Source: an uncultured Candidatus Saccharibacteria bacterium (GTDB taxonomy: Bacteria > Patescibacteriota > WWE3 > UBA101185 > UBA10185). Taken from it: a stretch of 64,000 nucleotides of DNA. Positions within the stretch are counted from its first letter, which is position 1, and the number at the start of each line of letters is the position of its first letter. The notes below the pieces were generated by a model. The model was given only the letters and a program-made list of their open reading frames with translations. It had not been told where the DNA came from and did not search any database. The position numbers and the translations under genes were made by a program. Location: assembly GCA_964396025.1 (NCBI GenBank), contig CAYNBT010000001.1, forward strand, positions 109,271-173,270, given 5' to 3'. Below, piece by piece: positions 1 through 11,213 of this stretch.

Positions 1-950
1 ATTGAAAGCAAATACGGTACTGAAAAAAAGTAGCTGCCAAATGAGTATAAAGTACGTGGCGTCCATTCGGTATAGATCGCCCATGAAAAATACATAAGAG
101 CCTGATACAGCATCCCCCCCTGTTGATTAGAAAAAGTAGGAGAAGTAAATGGGTTTTCATAACCTTGTAAATTCACAAAACCAAAATACATGTTATAAAT
201 CACAAAAGATGCCAAGGGCAGATACATGGATATCAAAGCGACAACGCTAAATACGTTCACAAGGCGTATCTGCTTTAGATTAAAAGTAAAATATAAAAAT
301 ATTAACGTAAGGAGAATAAAAATGTTGGCAGCAAATAACCAAAACGCAAATGAACTCAGAAACAGTAAAAGCGCCAACACAATGATTGTAATATAGTCTC
401 GCTTACCTAAAAACACGCGCAAAATAAGTCCTAATGTTGCTGGGAGCAAACCATAGGTGAACGTTAGACCAACATTGTACACACCACCATGCCAGAGCGT
501 GAAAGTATATGGATTAAGCGTATACCAAAGTGTAACTCCAGTAAGCTTCAAAATATCTCCATGGGACAACTCGCGTGAAAAAAACATCTTGAATAATAGT
601 AAGAAACCTATATAGGAAAATATAAACGTAAAAAATAAGGAGCTAAAAAATATAACGACTTCCGAGAACAATACCCCAAAACCCAGCTTATACAGAATTA
701 GGAAAGAAACGGCATCCCAAAACTGGACTATGAATTGCCACGCATTATTGGCACCCATACTTTCTATCCTGCGAATAAAAAAAGCATTCAAGGCAGTCTC
801 ATAAAAACTAAAACGAAGAAAGTGATCACCTATGAATAAAAAACTATCATTAGGTAGATCTCTAAAAGCAAAGTAAATAATCCAAATTGAAACAGCAAGA
901 AAAAAAGGTATTGGAGCCAGATATATTAGACGACTATTTCTGTGTAACAT
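1..950 (-). CDS. Polytopic membrane protein, GT-C-like; runs off the window at its 3' end
   Basis: Not in ORF track; translated by hand from ATG at 950 (MLHRNSRLIYLAPIPFF...). Hydrophobic; YTLNPYTFTLWHGG resembles YSFNSYTIVYWHGN of the 934-3027 protein (paralogue). Confidence 0.7.
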   Translation of the reverse strand, partial: MLHRNSRLIYLAPIPFFLAVSIWIIYFAFRDLPNDSFLFIGDHFLRFSFYETALNAFFIRRIESMGANNAWQFIVQFWDAVSFLILYKLGFGVLFSEVVIFFSSLFFTFIFSYIGFLLLFKMFFSRELSHGDILKLTGVTLWYTLNPYTFTLWHGGVYNVGLTFTYGLLPATLGLILRVFLGKRDYITIIVLALLLFLSSFAFWLFAANIFILLTLIFLYFTFNLKQIRLVNVFSVVALISMYLPLASFVIYNMYFGFVNLQGYENPFTSPTFSNQQGGMLYQALMYFSWAIYTEWTPRTLYSFGSYFFSVPYLLS

Positions 951-3027
951 AACTTCGGCATCTCCTGAAAACAACATACATGCACAACATAACTATGTAA
1001 GAAGAGGTTATCATGGCAGCAACATAGAAGTATAGCTGCGGCTTAAAATACAAAACAAATTTGCCATCAATATACCTATCACTTGCGTAACCGTCAGAAA
1101 ATATCTCCCAGGAGCTGCCAAAGCCTGTATCAGATACATTAAGCATGGGCAAACTCTTCACAAAAAGATATTTGATATCCAGTAAAAACGAGCTTTGCTG
1201 GGGGGTTTCTGCAGGATAAAGATGCCAGTTTGGAGAAAAATTCTGATTCAATCCAATGGTACTTAGAGAGTTGCTCTTTACATCAATCCATATCTTGGAT
1301 GGATTTAGCACTGTGTAAGATATGTTTGCGTCTTCTGAAGAGATAAGCGAGGTATCCCAAGGAAGCTCGTAAAAACCAAATGTATCATTGGCAAACAATA
1401 ATCTTGCATGTTTTATAGCAAAATCCCGAATATGCAGATCAGGTTCGATACTAGCAACATCCTTTCGAATCAAAATGTATTTAATAGGATATTTCTTTAT
1501 AGCTGATGGATCTCTGGAACGCAAAGCACTAGAGATCCCCTTATAGGAGGATTGGCTAAGTGAGGAATACATATTCAAGTGTACAAAAGGTAACTTCGAT
1601 ATTTTGGGAATCAAATCTTGCCCTAAATGGCTATTGGAAGAACTGATATTGTAAAGACCAAATTCCGTAAGTGGGCTTGGCAGAATGTAACCAAATGCAC
1701 GGTTTGAATCATTTAAGTAACTAAGTAACTCCAAATAATCATCAGAAATGCTAATGATACGATCCGAGGCTGTGGCAGTATTCTCTCCCGCAATCACTTT
1801 TCCAGAAAAAAATAAATACCCATGAACTAAACATAATATAAGCATAAAGCCCAGAAACAGTTTTTTTGCATATGCTTTATGCACTAATAACAGCAACAGG
1901 CATAAACTAAGGACTATTCCAAATCCAAACTTATTGTCAGGGGATCGAAAAATTCTAAACACAATGATCCTGTCTATTAGAAATTTAAATATTTCTCCGA
2001 ATGGCGCCTGAGGACCTTTTACTAGAAACAAAAGAACAACAAACACAACAAGCAAAACAATGTAATATTTTCTATAGATGTCTTTGGGTTTATAAAACAA
2101 AATCGTGGGATAAATTAAAATTGTAGGTAGTAAATATACAAAGCTCTTAAAGTAATTATGAAAGGTGTAGATGTTCCGCGGCTCCCAATATGTATAGATT
2201 CCCCAAGAGAACCATAAAAAAACCGGGTAAAGCAATCCTCCAGACAAGATACCATACGTATCTCCTCCACTAGCATTTACAGTAGGTGCGCCATTGAAGA
2301 ACATTTCATAAGGTATAAGCGTTAACAAAGGTGTAAGTGGAACAAACAAAAGGAAAAGTTGCATTAATCTAGTTAAGAACTTTATAGTAGAAAATCTCGT
2401 CATTAATAAAAAAAGCGTGAAATAGATGCATGCAAAGATTCCAAACACCGCAAAGAGATAAAAACCAAATGACATTAAAAATAAACTTATCGCTGCAAGT
2501 ATTTTGGTCTCCAAAGAAGTAATGTCAAAAAGACTTTTATGTAACAAATACAAGGTAAGAGGAGCTAAAGCATAACAAACAAGAAGAGACAATGAAAAGC
2601 TGTTACCGTGCCAGTATACAATTGTATAGGAGTTAAAACTATAAAAGAACGAGATTAGAAAGTGGGATAGATTGAGACTACGGTACTGAAACAAATCCTT
2701 GGCTATCAGGGAAAATCCCATGTAAGGCAACAGCGTTATGAGCAACAATTTCAGAAGCAAAAGTACACCTTGCGCCTGTATCAAATTCATGCCAAGAAAA
2801 TAAACAAAATTGTAGTATAGGATGTCAAAGAAATTAACTATGACTTGTGTCGTATTTACAATGCCAAAACTCTCAAAGACACGAGTGTTTAACGAGCTTA
2901 AAGCTTCTTCCCTAGTCATCAACATGAGTTCGTCATGAAGAAAGTAGAACTCTGAACCGCCTAATCTATACAAAAGAGACATGCATAGCACTAAAGATAT
3001 TAGTATGAGCAAAAGCTTATAATTCAT
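934..3027 (-). CDS. Polytopic membrane protein, putative GT-C (AftD/YfhO-like) glycosyltransferase
   Basis: 697 aa, many TM segments, acidic HDE motif after TM1, FRSPDNKF motif, soluble C-terminal domain plus terminal TM. Confidence 0.6.
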   Translation of the reverse strand: MNYKLLLILISLVLCMSLLYRLGGSEFYFLHDELMLMTREEALSSLNTRVFESFGIVNTTQVIVNFFDILYYNFVYFLGMNLIQAQGVLLLLKLLLITLLPYMGFSLIAKDLFQYRSLNLSHFLISFFYSFNSYTIVYWHGNSFSLSLLVCYALAPLTLYLLHKSLFDITSLETKILAAISLFLMSFGFYLFAVFGIFACIYFTLFLLMTRFSTIKFLTRLMQLFLLFVPLTPLLTLIPYEMFFNGAPTVNASGGDTYGILSGGLLYPVFLWFSWGIYTYWEPRNIYTFHNYFKSFVYLLPTILIYPTILFYKPKDIYRKYYIVLLVVFVVLLFLVKGPQAPFGEIFKFLIDRIIVFRIFRSPDNKFGFGIVLSLCLLLLLVHKAYAKKLFLGFMLILCLVHGYLFFSGKVIAGENTATASDRIISISDDYLELLSYLNDSNRAFGYILPSPLTEFGLYNISSSNSHLGQDLIPKISKLPFVHLNMYSSLSQSSYKGISSALRSRDPSAIKKYPIKYILIRKDVASIEPDLHIRDFAIKHARLLFANDTFGFYELPWDTSLISSEDANISYTVLNPSKIWIDVKSNSLSTIGLNQNFSPNWHLYPAETPQQSSFLLDIKYLFVKSLPMLNVSDTGFGSSWEIFSDGYASDRYIDGKFVLYFKPQLYFYVAAMITSSYIVMLCMYVVFRRCRSYVTQK

Positions 3028-3044
3028 ATTTAGTTGGGCAGATG

Positions 3045-4097
3045 TTATCTATAAGAAGTAAATCCGGTTTTTCGTAAGTCCCTATACACTCGCCCCACAC
3101 TATTGCGATAAATTTCCTTAGCAGGATTGTATCCATGCCTATATACCAGCTGGACAAAATAAACCAACTTAACCACAAATGTAGGCGTTAATATATATGC
3201 TACAGGAAACATAAAAATCAACAAGCTATATATTCCATAAAACTTTATAATATATCTAATCGTTTCTCTCGTAGGCCAACCCTTATACAAAAACATACCT
3301 AATTTTTGCGACATATAAAGCTTAAACGCAATCGGTAGATGTCGGATTGACCACTCTATAAACTTGGTGTTGTCAAAAATGTGATTCACGATAGTTACAG
3401 ATTTAAGATGATCAACCAGATAAAACTTAAAAAACTCACCATACTTAAATCCAACATTCCTGATTAGTATCACTGAACCTATCTCACAATATAGAAATTT
3501 ATCACTTAGAAGTAGAAGACCCAAAGTTATTTGAAAAAATATATTGTCTCTATAGTTCTGTTGCTTGATGGCATCAACAGGCAAACGTTTCTCAAGCACT
3601 ATAGTAGAAAGAAAAGTTAGACGCTGCAGAGGTTGATACTCATCCTTGAGGTCAGAAATATTTTGATAAACCTTATCTTCTTCACTCCCCCCAAGAACTT
3701 CAAGACCATAAGGATCAAGCTGTTTGTGATTAAACACAGCGACAACAGGTTGATACTTGTTTAATGCAACTAGTATCTTTTCAATAGAGTCGCTCAAAAC
3801 AGTGTCATCGTCGCACAAAAACCAAATATATCTTGTGTCCGCTAATTCATAAAGCTTGCATACGTTTCCACTATAACCTAAGTTTTCCTCATTCCTATGG
3901 AATTTAAGGTTTGGCATTTTAGCCATGTAACGTTTTACTAGCCGCTCAGTAGCACCATTATCAGGAGATTTATCATCAGATATTATAAGTTTAAAGTTGT
4001 TGTTTGTTTGCGTTGAAAACTGCTGAAGTATCTTCTCCAAGGTTTCTGGTCTGTTATATGTAGGTATACAAACTGTGAGCGAAACATCCTTAGTCAT
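3045..4097 (-). CDS. Glycosyltransferase family 2
   Basis: VCIPTYNR, ISDDKSPD and LCDDD motifs; start moved to MTKDVS. Confidence 0.9.
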   Translation of the reverse strand: MTKDVSLTVCIPTYNRPETLEKILQQFSTQTNNNFKLIISDDKSPDNGATERLVKRYMAKMPNLKFHRNEENLGYSGNVCKLYELADTRYIWFLCDDDTVLSDSIEKILVALNKYQPVVAVFNHKQLDPYGLEVLGGSEEDKVYQNISDLKDEYQPLQRLTFLSTIVLEKRLPVDAIKQQNYRDNIFFQITLGLLLLSDKFLYCEIGSVILIRNVGFKYGEFFKFYLVDHLKSVTIVNHIFDNTKFIEWSIRHLPIAFKLYMSQKLGMFLYKGWPTRETIRYIIKFYGIYSLLIFMFPVAYILTPTFVVKLVYFVQLVYRHGYNPAKEIYRNSVGRVYRDLRKTGFTSYR

Positions 4098-4737
4098 ATT
4101 TTCTCGCCTCAATTAAGATTTGATACCCAAAGATTCCGGGAAAGATTTTTAGTAAAGGATCCAGTATCTCAAGACGTTTAAACTGGTTATACGCACAAAT
4201 TTTCTCAACTTTATAGCCTGCACTTTCTACAAAGGTCTTGGCAGTTTTAAGTGTGTAGAATTTTAAGTGAGTCTTATCCAAAGTACCAAATTCGGTGTAA
4301 TTCCATCGGCCAAACAATAAATTAAGGCGGTTTAGCAAAAATGCTACATTTGGTAAAGAAACAACTATCTTACCGTTTGGTTTCAGATAGGGCCTTAACT
4401 CGCTCAATAGATCTTTGGGATTGATTAGGTGTTCTAGTACATCCGCGAACAAAAACACATCATAATCCCTCGGCAATGCGGAAAGGTCGTAATTTTCACT
4501 GTTTAGGTTGATTTTGAATGTATGTCTATAACCACGAGTTCTTGCACGACCCAACATTTGTTGATTCACATCAATACCATCAACCACACATGATTTGGAT
4601 TGAGAAAGATACTCTCCCATATTCCCATCCCAACATCCCACATCCAAACATACAGAGTTGTTTGGTACCTTGCTACACACAACTCTGTTTAGCGAAGCCG
4701 AGTAATTTCCAGATTCTAATTTGTTGTCAACACTCAT
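4090..4737 (-). CDS. Class I SAM-dependent methyltransferase
   Basis: LDVGCWDG motif I, DVLEHL, LDKTHL; AAGGA SD before MSVD. Confidence 0.88.
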   Translation of the reverse strand: MSVDNKLESGNYSASLNRVVCSKVPNNSVCLDVGCWDGNMGEYLSQSKSCVVDGIDVNQQMLGRARTRGYRHTFKINLNSENYDLSALPRDYDVFLFADVLEHLINPKDLLSELRPYLKPNGKIVVSLPNVAFLLNRLNLLFGRWNYTEFGTLDKTHLKFYTLKTAKTFVESAGYKVEKICAYNQFKRLEILDPLLKIFPGIFGYQILIEARKYD

Positions 4738-4739
4738 GA

Positions 4740-5561
4740 TTATTCCTTTACGCACTTTATAAAAAATACTTCTGCATAGTTTTTGAGAAAAGTTTCGCGC
4801 ACTAGATAGTTTTCAAGCGAAATTAAATGCCTATATAAATATAATACCGGTGCAATTTTTGACAACGGTAAAAATTTGTTTAACCAGGCAAAAAGAAAAA
4901 AGAAGAGGTGTCCATCCCCAACCTCTACAATTTTAAAACCTGCATCTTTAAGCTGTTTTATTACTTCACTAATGTTTACAGGGTATTTATCGGGAATCAC
5001 TCCATCTACAACAAGATCTTCCGGAAACTTGTTTTTAAGAATATCTGAGAATAATGCGAACATAAATCGGCCAAATTTGATAAAGGGGTTTCTTGACGAT
5101 AAGTCGTTAAGAAAAAACTTCCCGTTTTTCTGAAGTTTTGCATAAATTTCCTTGAATATATCTTCATGATTTCGGGAGTGGTGGAGCACATGTAGCATGA
5201 ACGCACCTTCTACAGATGAATTCTGCATTTGTGGAATTTTATTGTCGTTAATTTTAAAAAACGAGTATTCTGGATAGTTTTTCTTTGCTTTGTTCACAGC
5301 TGCTTCGGCAATATCAACCCCAGTTATGCTGTATTTAGCTCTGTCTCGATTTTCAAAAAATATATCCAGAGACGTTCCTGTACCACAACCATACTCTAAA
5401 ATTGATTTTGAATCTTGCAACCAATCAAAACAATAAAACTGCTCTTTGTTTGCATAATCATAAAATATATCTTTCTCCACACTGGGCTTCTCTTTAAGGG
5501 AATTTTCATTAAAGAATAATTCCTGATCTTGTTGGATGTTTCTTTTAGGTAAGTTGAACAT
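4740..5561 (-). CDS. Class I SAM-dependent methyltransferase
   Basis: LEYGCGTG, GVDI, VLHH motifs. Confidence 0.88.
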   Translation of the reverse strand: MFNLPKRNIQQDQELFFNENSLKEKPSVEKDIFYDYANKEQFYCFDWLQDSKSILEYGCGTGTSLDIFFENRDRAKYSITGVDIAEAAVNKAKKNYPEYSFFKINDNKIPQMQNSSVEGAFMLHVLHHSRNHEDIFKEIYAKLQKNGKFFLNDLSSRNPFIKFGRFMFALFSDILKNKFPEDLVVDGVIPDKYPVNISEVIKQLKDAGFKIVEVGDGHLFFFLFAWLNKFLPLSKIAPVLYLYRHLISLENYLVRETFLKNYAEVFFIKCVKE

Positions 5562-5563
5562 AT

Positions 5564-6160
5564 CTAAATCTTTCTCAGTGTAACAACTAACTCCGTTGCA
5601 CCGCCAACCCAGTAACACCAACAACGTTCGAAGAATACTGGACTTACATTAATCAATAAATTCAAGGCTAGCACAAAAGGACGTGCAAACAACGGGCACT
5701 GATTAGCATGAATGTACTGAGCATAAAAACCCGAGTTAGGATAAAGTCCCAAATACCTAATCTCCTTGTGTACAATCTCAAATTCCTTTGTTGTGTAAAA
5801 GTGTTGATAATCCGCCTTTTGAAAACAATCGAAGCTAAGGTACCCAAACGGGCGAACATGTGTTATGTCAGTAAACGCTCCCATGGAGGAAAAATGAGGT
5901 ACGCGTAAATATAAAACACCTTTTGGTTTAAGAATGCGATGAAGTTCTTCAACCTTGTGTAGTGGATCATGTAAGTGCTCCAAGACATGATACATGTGAA
6001 TTTCATCAGCATAATTGCTGTCGAATGGGTATGGAGTAACATCTAGGTTATGTACTACATCTACGAAACCCTCTATTGGAACTAAATCTACACCTATTGA
6101 CTGAGGCAAACGTGTCTTACCACACCCTATGTTTAAAATCACTTTGTCTGTGGAACGCAT
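5564..6160 (-). CDS. SAM-dependent methyltransferase (type 11-like)
   Basis: LNIGCG, HVLEHL, RILKPKG, DITH motifs. Confidence 0.88.
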   Translation of the reverse strand: MRSTDKVILNIGCGKTRLPQSIGVDLVPIEGFVDVVHNLDVTPYPFDSNYADEIHMYHVLEHLHDPLHKVEELHRILKPKGVLYLRVPHFSSMGAFTDITHVRPFGYLSFDCFQKADYQHFYTTKEFEIVHKEIRYLGLYPNSGFYAQYIHANQCPLFARPFVLALNLLINVSPVFFERCWCYWVGGATELVVTLRKI

Positions 6161-6188
6161 ATAGTAAAAAGTATAGCACTAAATTGTT

Positions 6189-7247
6189 TCATGCCTTACC
6201 TATATCGGTGTAAATATCTACAAATCGTTGTGCTCTATTATGATATGTGTGATCTGCAAGAACTCTGAGTCTGCCTGCTTCTGATATGGCGCGGCGTTCC
6301 TCAGGATGTTTCATGTAGTAATCTATCTTTTCACGCCATTCTTGAGGTGTTTTTGCCATCACTATCTCTTTTTCCTGTACAAAGTATTTACCGATACATT
6401 CTACATAATCACTAACTTCAAAGCCTCCACAGGCTGGGATTTTGAAGGTTCTTTCGTTGCAATCTTTGCCAAATTCTCTCTGATACTCTTCATGAATGTT
6501 TAGTGAAATTTTGGACGAACTATAAATTCTACGTTCATCATCTAGACCTAGGGTTGGTTTTTGAATATCTTTTACTACAGGCAGATTGAAGTATTTTCCA
6601 AAGCGAGACACCCATCCCATAAGTCTATCGTAACTAGTCCAATCTTGTCCTAAGAGCATTACTTTATATTTTTCCCGTAACGGGAAAACATGGTTTTTTA
6701 TGAATGCTCTTTTTTCTGGCAGAAACGTACCCAAAAAAGAAATATCACAGTCAAACTTGTTAGAAAAATCATAATAATGTTTTGTTTTATCCGCCGCTAA
6801 TGGGATTGTGTAGTATGGATAGCCTGTGGCTTCTTGAAATCCTTCCATTCTGGGATCCCCCTGCTCTGATACCGTATAGTACACGTCACCAAAATTCCCT
6901 GATGTTATCAGGTCAACATATTCTGCATTCGTTTTTAATCCTGGGGTTTCATTAAGGCGTAATGAGCTAAAAGGAGAAGTCCAAAAAGGTGTGTTTACAA
7001 ATATCTTGGTGCCATTTTGCTTCATTTTTTTCACGCCATCAAAATTCAAGAATTTCAAAACATAACTGTTCATGCTAGTAAAAAAAATGTGCGGAGCAAA
7101 CTCCTCCACTACCGAGATCTGCGAATCGTTTGCTGTAAGAAACCTAAAGTTATGCCCGAGAGCTAAGAAAGCATTCTTGTAACCCTCAATGATAGTACGA
7201 TTTGCATAAACAGTATTTAAATGTGGGACATAATACAAAATATTCAT
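6189..7247 (-). CDS. CgeB-like glycosyltransferase (GT-B)
   Basis: PLAAD, SKISLNIH, NERTFKIPACGG, HTYHNRA motifs. Confidence 0.85.
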   Translation of the reverse strand: MNILYYVPHLNTVYANRTIIEGYKNAFLALGHNFRFLTANDSQISVVEEFAPHIFFTSMNSYVLKFLNFDGVKKMKQNGTKIFVNTPFWTSPFSSLRLNETPGLKTNAEYVDLITSGNFGDVYYTVSEQGDPRMEGFQEATGYPYYTIPLAADKTKHYYDFSNKFDCDISFLGTFLPEKRAFIKNHVFPLREKYKVMLLGQDWTSYDRLMGWVSRFGKYFNLPVVKDIQKPTLGLDDERRIYSSSKISLNIHEEYQREFGKDCNERTFKIPACGGFEVSDYVECIGKYFVQEKEIVMAKTPQEWREKIDYYMKHPEERRAISEAGRLRVLADHTYHNRAQRFVDIYTDIGKA

Positions 7248-8419
7248 TGAGTGGCGTCTAGAGGTATACCCAAGTAAGAGCAAATATCGGTACAGATGTT
7301 CTGATAGTCAAAGCTCTTAGCATATTTAAGAGCGTTGTTTCTATATAACGCATTAACATCTCCCCGCATCAAGTACTCAAGTTTGGTTGCAATATCAAGC
7401 GGGTCCTCTGTAATGATCAAACCACATTTACTTTCTTCAATCTCACGTGCGTTCCAAGGTATATCCGTAAGTAACACAGGCACGCCGCAGCCCAAGTATG
7501 TTTTAACTTTTCCAGGATCCGCATAATACGACCACGTATCAAGTTCTTTCATATAAGGTGCAATGGCGACGCTTGAATTGGCCACCTCAACTTCCAAGTC
7601 CTTGTTCTCTTTGATTTTACCTAAAAACTCACATCTAGAAGAAAATGAGGATTTTGCTGCGAGTGCTTCGAGGTCTTTTCTGAAACTACCATCCCCGATT
7701 ATTTTGAATTTTAGATTCGGAACCTTTTTTACTAACTCGGGAAGAGCTTGAAGAATAAGCTGCACCCCCTGCTTTGGAATCAAATGTCCCATAAAAACCA
7801 GGGTGTTCTTTTCACAACTTTCGTAGGGTATAACTTTGATTCTACTCAACCACATGCCGTAAGGTACTACCCTATGTTTCTTGTAATCAGTATCCTTAAC
7901 ACCCAAAAACTCCTTACGGGCTTCCTTCATTCTAGGAGATAGATCCCACATCTCATCTACGCGTGTGTAGCTACTTGTGTTAATAAATTCATATATCTTG
8001 TGTTTGAGTTTTGAAGAAAACCTTTGCGTCGGTACAAAATCCACTGCCCAAAATACGGTTTTGCTTACCAAACCAAGAGCTCTAGCCACATTACCAAACA
8101 AAGAGCATAAGCCATCCATACCTATCAAACAATCCCACTTACGCCCCGAGGTGATTATCCAAGATAACGTGTAAAAAAACTCTTTAAGATATAGGAGAGG
8201 TTCGGGCAGCATCTTAAAATCCACGCTGCGATGCTCTTTGTATAGTGCTCCATTTTTATACCAATTATAATAACTACACCTGTCTTTGGCATCGGAAAAG
8301 CTGTGCATGATATGCAAAACTTCGCATTTGGTGTGTTTGTTCAAGAAAATCACCAAATCATCATCCATCTGTGGCAAGTATTTGTGGGAAACTATTAGAA
8401 GCTTCGAGTTACTCTGCAT
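7244..8419 (-). CDS. Glycosyltransferase family 4
   Basis: FMGHLIPKQG, IIGDG, GKVKTYLGCGVPV. Confidence 0.85.
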   Translation of the reverse strand: MQSNSKLLIVSHKYLPQMDDDLVIFLNKHTKCEVLHIMHSFSDAKDRCSYYNWYKNGALYKEHRSVDFKMLPEPLLYLKEFFYTLSWIITSGRKWDCLIGMDGLCSLFGNVARALGLVSKTVFWAVDFVPTQRFSSKLKHKIYEFINTSSYTRVDEMWDLSPRMKEARKEFLGVKDTDYKKHRVVPYGMWLSRIKVIPYESCEKNTLVFMGHLIPKQGVQLILQALPELVKKVPNLKFKIIGDGSFRKDLEALAAKSSFSSRCEFLGKIKENKDLEVEVANSSVAIAPYMKELDTWSYYADPGKVKTYLGCGVPVLLTDIPWNAREIEESKCGLIITEDPLDIATKLEYLMRGDVNALYRNNALKYAKSFDYQNICTDICSYLGIPLDATQ

Positions 8420-9341
8420 GATTTTTCTGAAACCAAGAATATGTAGACGCCAAACCAGCTTCCAGTGATATTTTAGGCTTCCAACCAAGTGCAAACAGTT
8501 TGGTAACATCCACTAATTTACGAGGTGTTCCATCAGGTTTGGAAGGATCTGTAAGGATTTTACCCTTAAAACCCACAATTTTAGCTACTAGCTTAGCAAG
8601 ATCAATTATTGGAATGTCCTCACCAACGCCGATGTTTATAATCTCAGGGCTATTGTATTCTTCCATTAAAAAGAGTACCGCATCAGCCAAATCATCCACA
8701 TGCAAGAATTCTCTTTTTGGAGAGCCTGTTCCCCATATTGTCACAGAATCTAAATTGTCTTTTTTTGCCTCGTGAAACTTCCTAATAAAGGCCGGCAAAA
8801 CATGAGAGCTCTTTAAATCAAAATTGTCATTAATACCATAGAGGTTTGTAGGCATTACACTAATGAAATCAGAACCATACTGCTTGTTATAAGATTGGCA
8901 CATTTTAATTCCAGCAATTTTTGCAACAGCGTAGGCGTCATTGGTAGGTTCAAGAGGACCAGTAAGTAGATATTCTTCCTTCAATGGCTGTGGGGCCATC
9001 TTAGGGTATATGCAAGTGGATCCCAAAAATAGGAGTTTCTTGACCCCTGTTAGATGTGAATTATGGATGATATTGTTCTGAATTTTGAGGTTTTGATAAA
9101 TAAATTCGGCGGGAAAATCATTATTGGCAACAATTCCACCAACCTTTGCTGCAGCTAAAAACACGTAATCTGGTCTTTCGGTCTCAAAAAAGCTCTGTAC
9201 TGAGGTATCATCCATTAAATCCAATTCTTCCTTAGTTCTCAAAACCAAGTGTTTGTAACCCTGAGATTGCAACAATCTCGTGATAGCGGAACCAACCAAT
9301 CCCTTGTGACCTGCAACATAGATTTTAGAATCTTTCTTCAT
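8409..9341 (-). CDS. fcl: GDP-L-fucose synthase
   Basis: [32 protein letters not shown] motifs; GGAGG SD; adjacent to gmd. Confidence 0.96.
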   Translation of the reverse strand: MKKDSKIYVAGHKGLVGSAITRLLQSQGYKHLVLRTKEELDLMDDTSVQSFFETERPDYVFLAAAKVGGIVANNDFPAEFIYQNLKIQNNIIHNSHLTGVKKLLFLGSTCIYPKMAPQPLKEEYLLTGPLEPTNDAYAVAKIAGIKMCQSYNKQYGSDFISVMPTNLYGINDNFDLKSSHVLPAFIRKFHEAKKDNLDSVTIWGTGSPKREFLHVDDLADAVLFLMEEYNSPEIINIGVGEDIPIIDLAKLVAKIVGFKGKILTDPSKPDGTPRKLVDVTKLFALGWKPKISLEAGLASTYSWFQKNHAE

Positions 9342-10380
9342 TACTTCCTCCATTTTTTTCTGCAAGTAAATCTGCTTTACACATAAGTTGAACAAGATCA
9401 GAAAAAGTTGTTTTTGGTGTCCATTTAAGAATTTTTTTTGCTTTTGAAGGATCACCAAGCAGAAGATCCACCTCGGCCGGACGTAAATATCTTGGATCTA
9501 TTTTGATAATTTCTTTGCCTGTTGACGTATCAATCCCCACCTCTTTTTCACCTTTACCTTTCCACTCAAGTTTAAAACCCAGGCATTTACAAGATTCCTC
9601 TACAAAATCTCTAACAGAATGTGTTTCCCCTGTAGCTATTACGTAATCTTCTGGTTTCTTCTGCTGTAACATGAGCCACATAGCTTCTACATAGTCTTTC
9701 GCATATCCCCAATCTCTTTTTGCGTCAAGATTACCTAGATAAAGTTCTTTATCTAAACCTAACCGTATTCGTGCAAGTCCTCTAGTGATTTTTCTTGTTA
9801 CAAAGGTTTTACCCCTGCGAGGTGATTCGTGATTAAAAAGTATACCTGAGCAAGCAAACATGTTGTAGCTCTCTCTATAGTTCACTGTTATCCAATGCCC
9901 AAAGACCTTTGAAACCCCGTAAGGGCTTCTAGGATGAAAAGGAGTAGTTTCCTTCTGTGGCGTCTCATAGACCTTACCGTACATCTCACTACTTGATGCC
10001 TGATAAAATCTTATCTCGGGCTTATAGCGTCTTATGGCCTCAAGAATTCTTAATGCTCCAAGCGCTACCGTATTCGCAGTGTATTCTGGAAGTTCAAAAC
10101 TTACTTTCACATGGCTTTGGGCAGCTAAATTGTAAATTTCATCAGGGGAAATTTCATCTAGCAAATAGTTGAGCACACTCGTATCGGTTACATCACCATA
10201 ATGCAAATGTAACTTTGGGTTTTTATTGTGAGGATCCTCGTAAATGTGTTCGATTCTTTGGGTATTGAAATTGCTCGCTCTTCTAATCACACCGTGAACT
10301 TCATAGCCTTTTTCGAGCAATAGCTCGGCCAAATAGGAACCATCTTGACCGGTTATGCCGGTCACAAGAGCTTTTTTCAT
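9325..10380 (-). CDS. gmd: GDP-mannose 4,6-dehydratase
   Basis: [38 protein letters not shown]. Confidence 0.98.
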   Translation of the reverse strand: MKKALVTGITGQDGSYLAELLLEKGYEVHGVIRRASNFNTQRIEHIYEDPHNKNPKLHLHYGDVTDTSVLNYLLDEISPDEIYNLAAQSHVKVSFELPEYTANTVALGALRILEAIRRYKPEIRFYQASSSEMYGKVYETPQKETTPFHPRSPYGVSKVFGHWITVNYRESYNMFACSGILFNHESPRRGKTFVTRKITRGLARIRLGLDKELYLGNLDAKRDWGYAKDYVEAMWLMLQQKKPEDYVIATGETHSVRDFVEESCKCLGFKLEWKGKGEKEVGIDTSTGKEIIKIDPRYLRPAEVDLLLGDPSKAKKILKWTPKTTFSDLVQLMCKADLLAEKNGGSNEERF

Positions 10381-11213
10381 TTAGTGGAACTCCCAAAATA
10401 TAATACTTTTCTTAAGAACTTGAACAGGGTAATTGTAACCCATGGGTCAACTAGTTGCATTAAGTATGTGGCAAAATAGGCAAATTTGTCTAATATGCTC
10501 ATCTTATATCCATGAGAGTTGGAATATTTTTTTCTGATCTGTAAGGTTAGACTTAGCATTCGCGACATTTTCTCTAAAGTATTGGATTTTTCGTGTTCTC
10601 TGTATCTGATTACAATCTCCTGCAGATTAGCAAACTTGAAATACTGTCCTATTCTAAAAGACATATCAAGATCTTCTGCAGGGGGGAACGACTCGTCGAA
10701 CAACCCAACCTTATCAAAACACTCTTTTCTTACAATTGCTGCAGGTTGAGCTACAGGAGAGAACCTAAAGATATTCTTTCTCAGAACGGCATCATCTGCA
10801 GCATAGGTTCTTATATCAAGATCGCCATTCAAGTTAAATGATTGCAAATAACCGCCACAAATACCTACATCAGGATGCTCTTCCATAAATGCAACTTGGT
10901 GTGAAATCCTCTCAGGATAGGAAATGTCATCTGCATCCTGCCAAACAATGTACTTGCCTTTACATAAAGAGATTCCTCTGTTTCTAGTTCTTGCGATATA
11001 TTGATTTTCTTCGTTTGTGTACAAAGTAATGCGAGAATCACTTAGAGCAAGCTTTTGCGCTACGTCGTGAGTACTATCGGTGGAGCCATCATCGATGATT
11101 AGTATTTCTAGATTGTTGTAAGTTTGCTGCTTAATGCTGTTTACAGCCTCGGTTAAATACTCTTGAGCATTAAACGCTGGAATAATGACGGATACTAACG
11201 GACGTTCTTTCAT
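10377..11213 (-). CDS. Glycosyltransferase family 2
   Basis: [25 protein letters not shown]. Confidence 0.92.
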   Translation of the reverse strand: MKERPLVSVIIPAFNAQEYLTEAVNSIKQQTYNNLEILIIDDGSTDSTHDVAQKLALSDSRITLYTNEENQYIARTRNRGISLCKGKYIVWQDADDISYPERISHQVAFMEEHPDVGICGGYLQSFNLNGDLDIRTYAADDAVLRKNIFRFSPVAQPAAIVRKECFDKVGLFDESFPPAEDLDMSFRIGQYFKFANLQEIVIRYREHEKSNTLEKMSRMLSLTLQIRKKYSNSHGYKMSILDKFAYFATYLMQLVDPWVTITLFKFLRKVLYFGSSTK

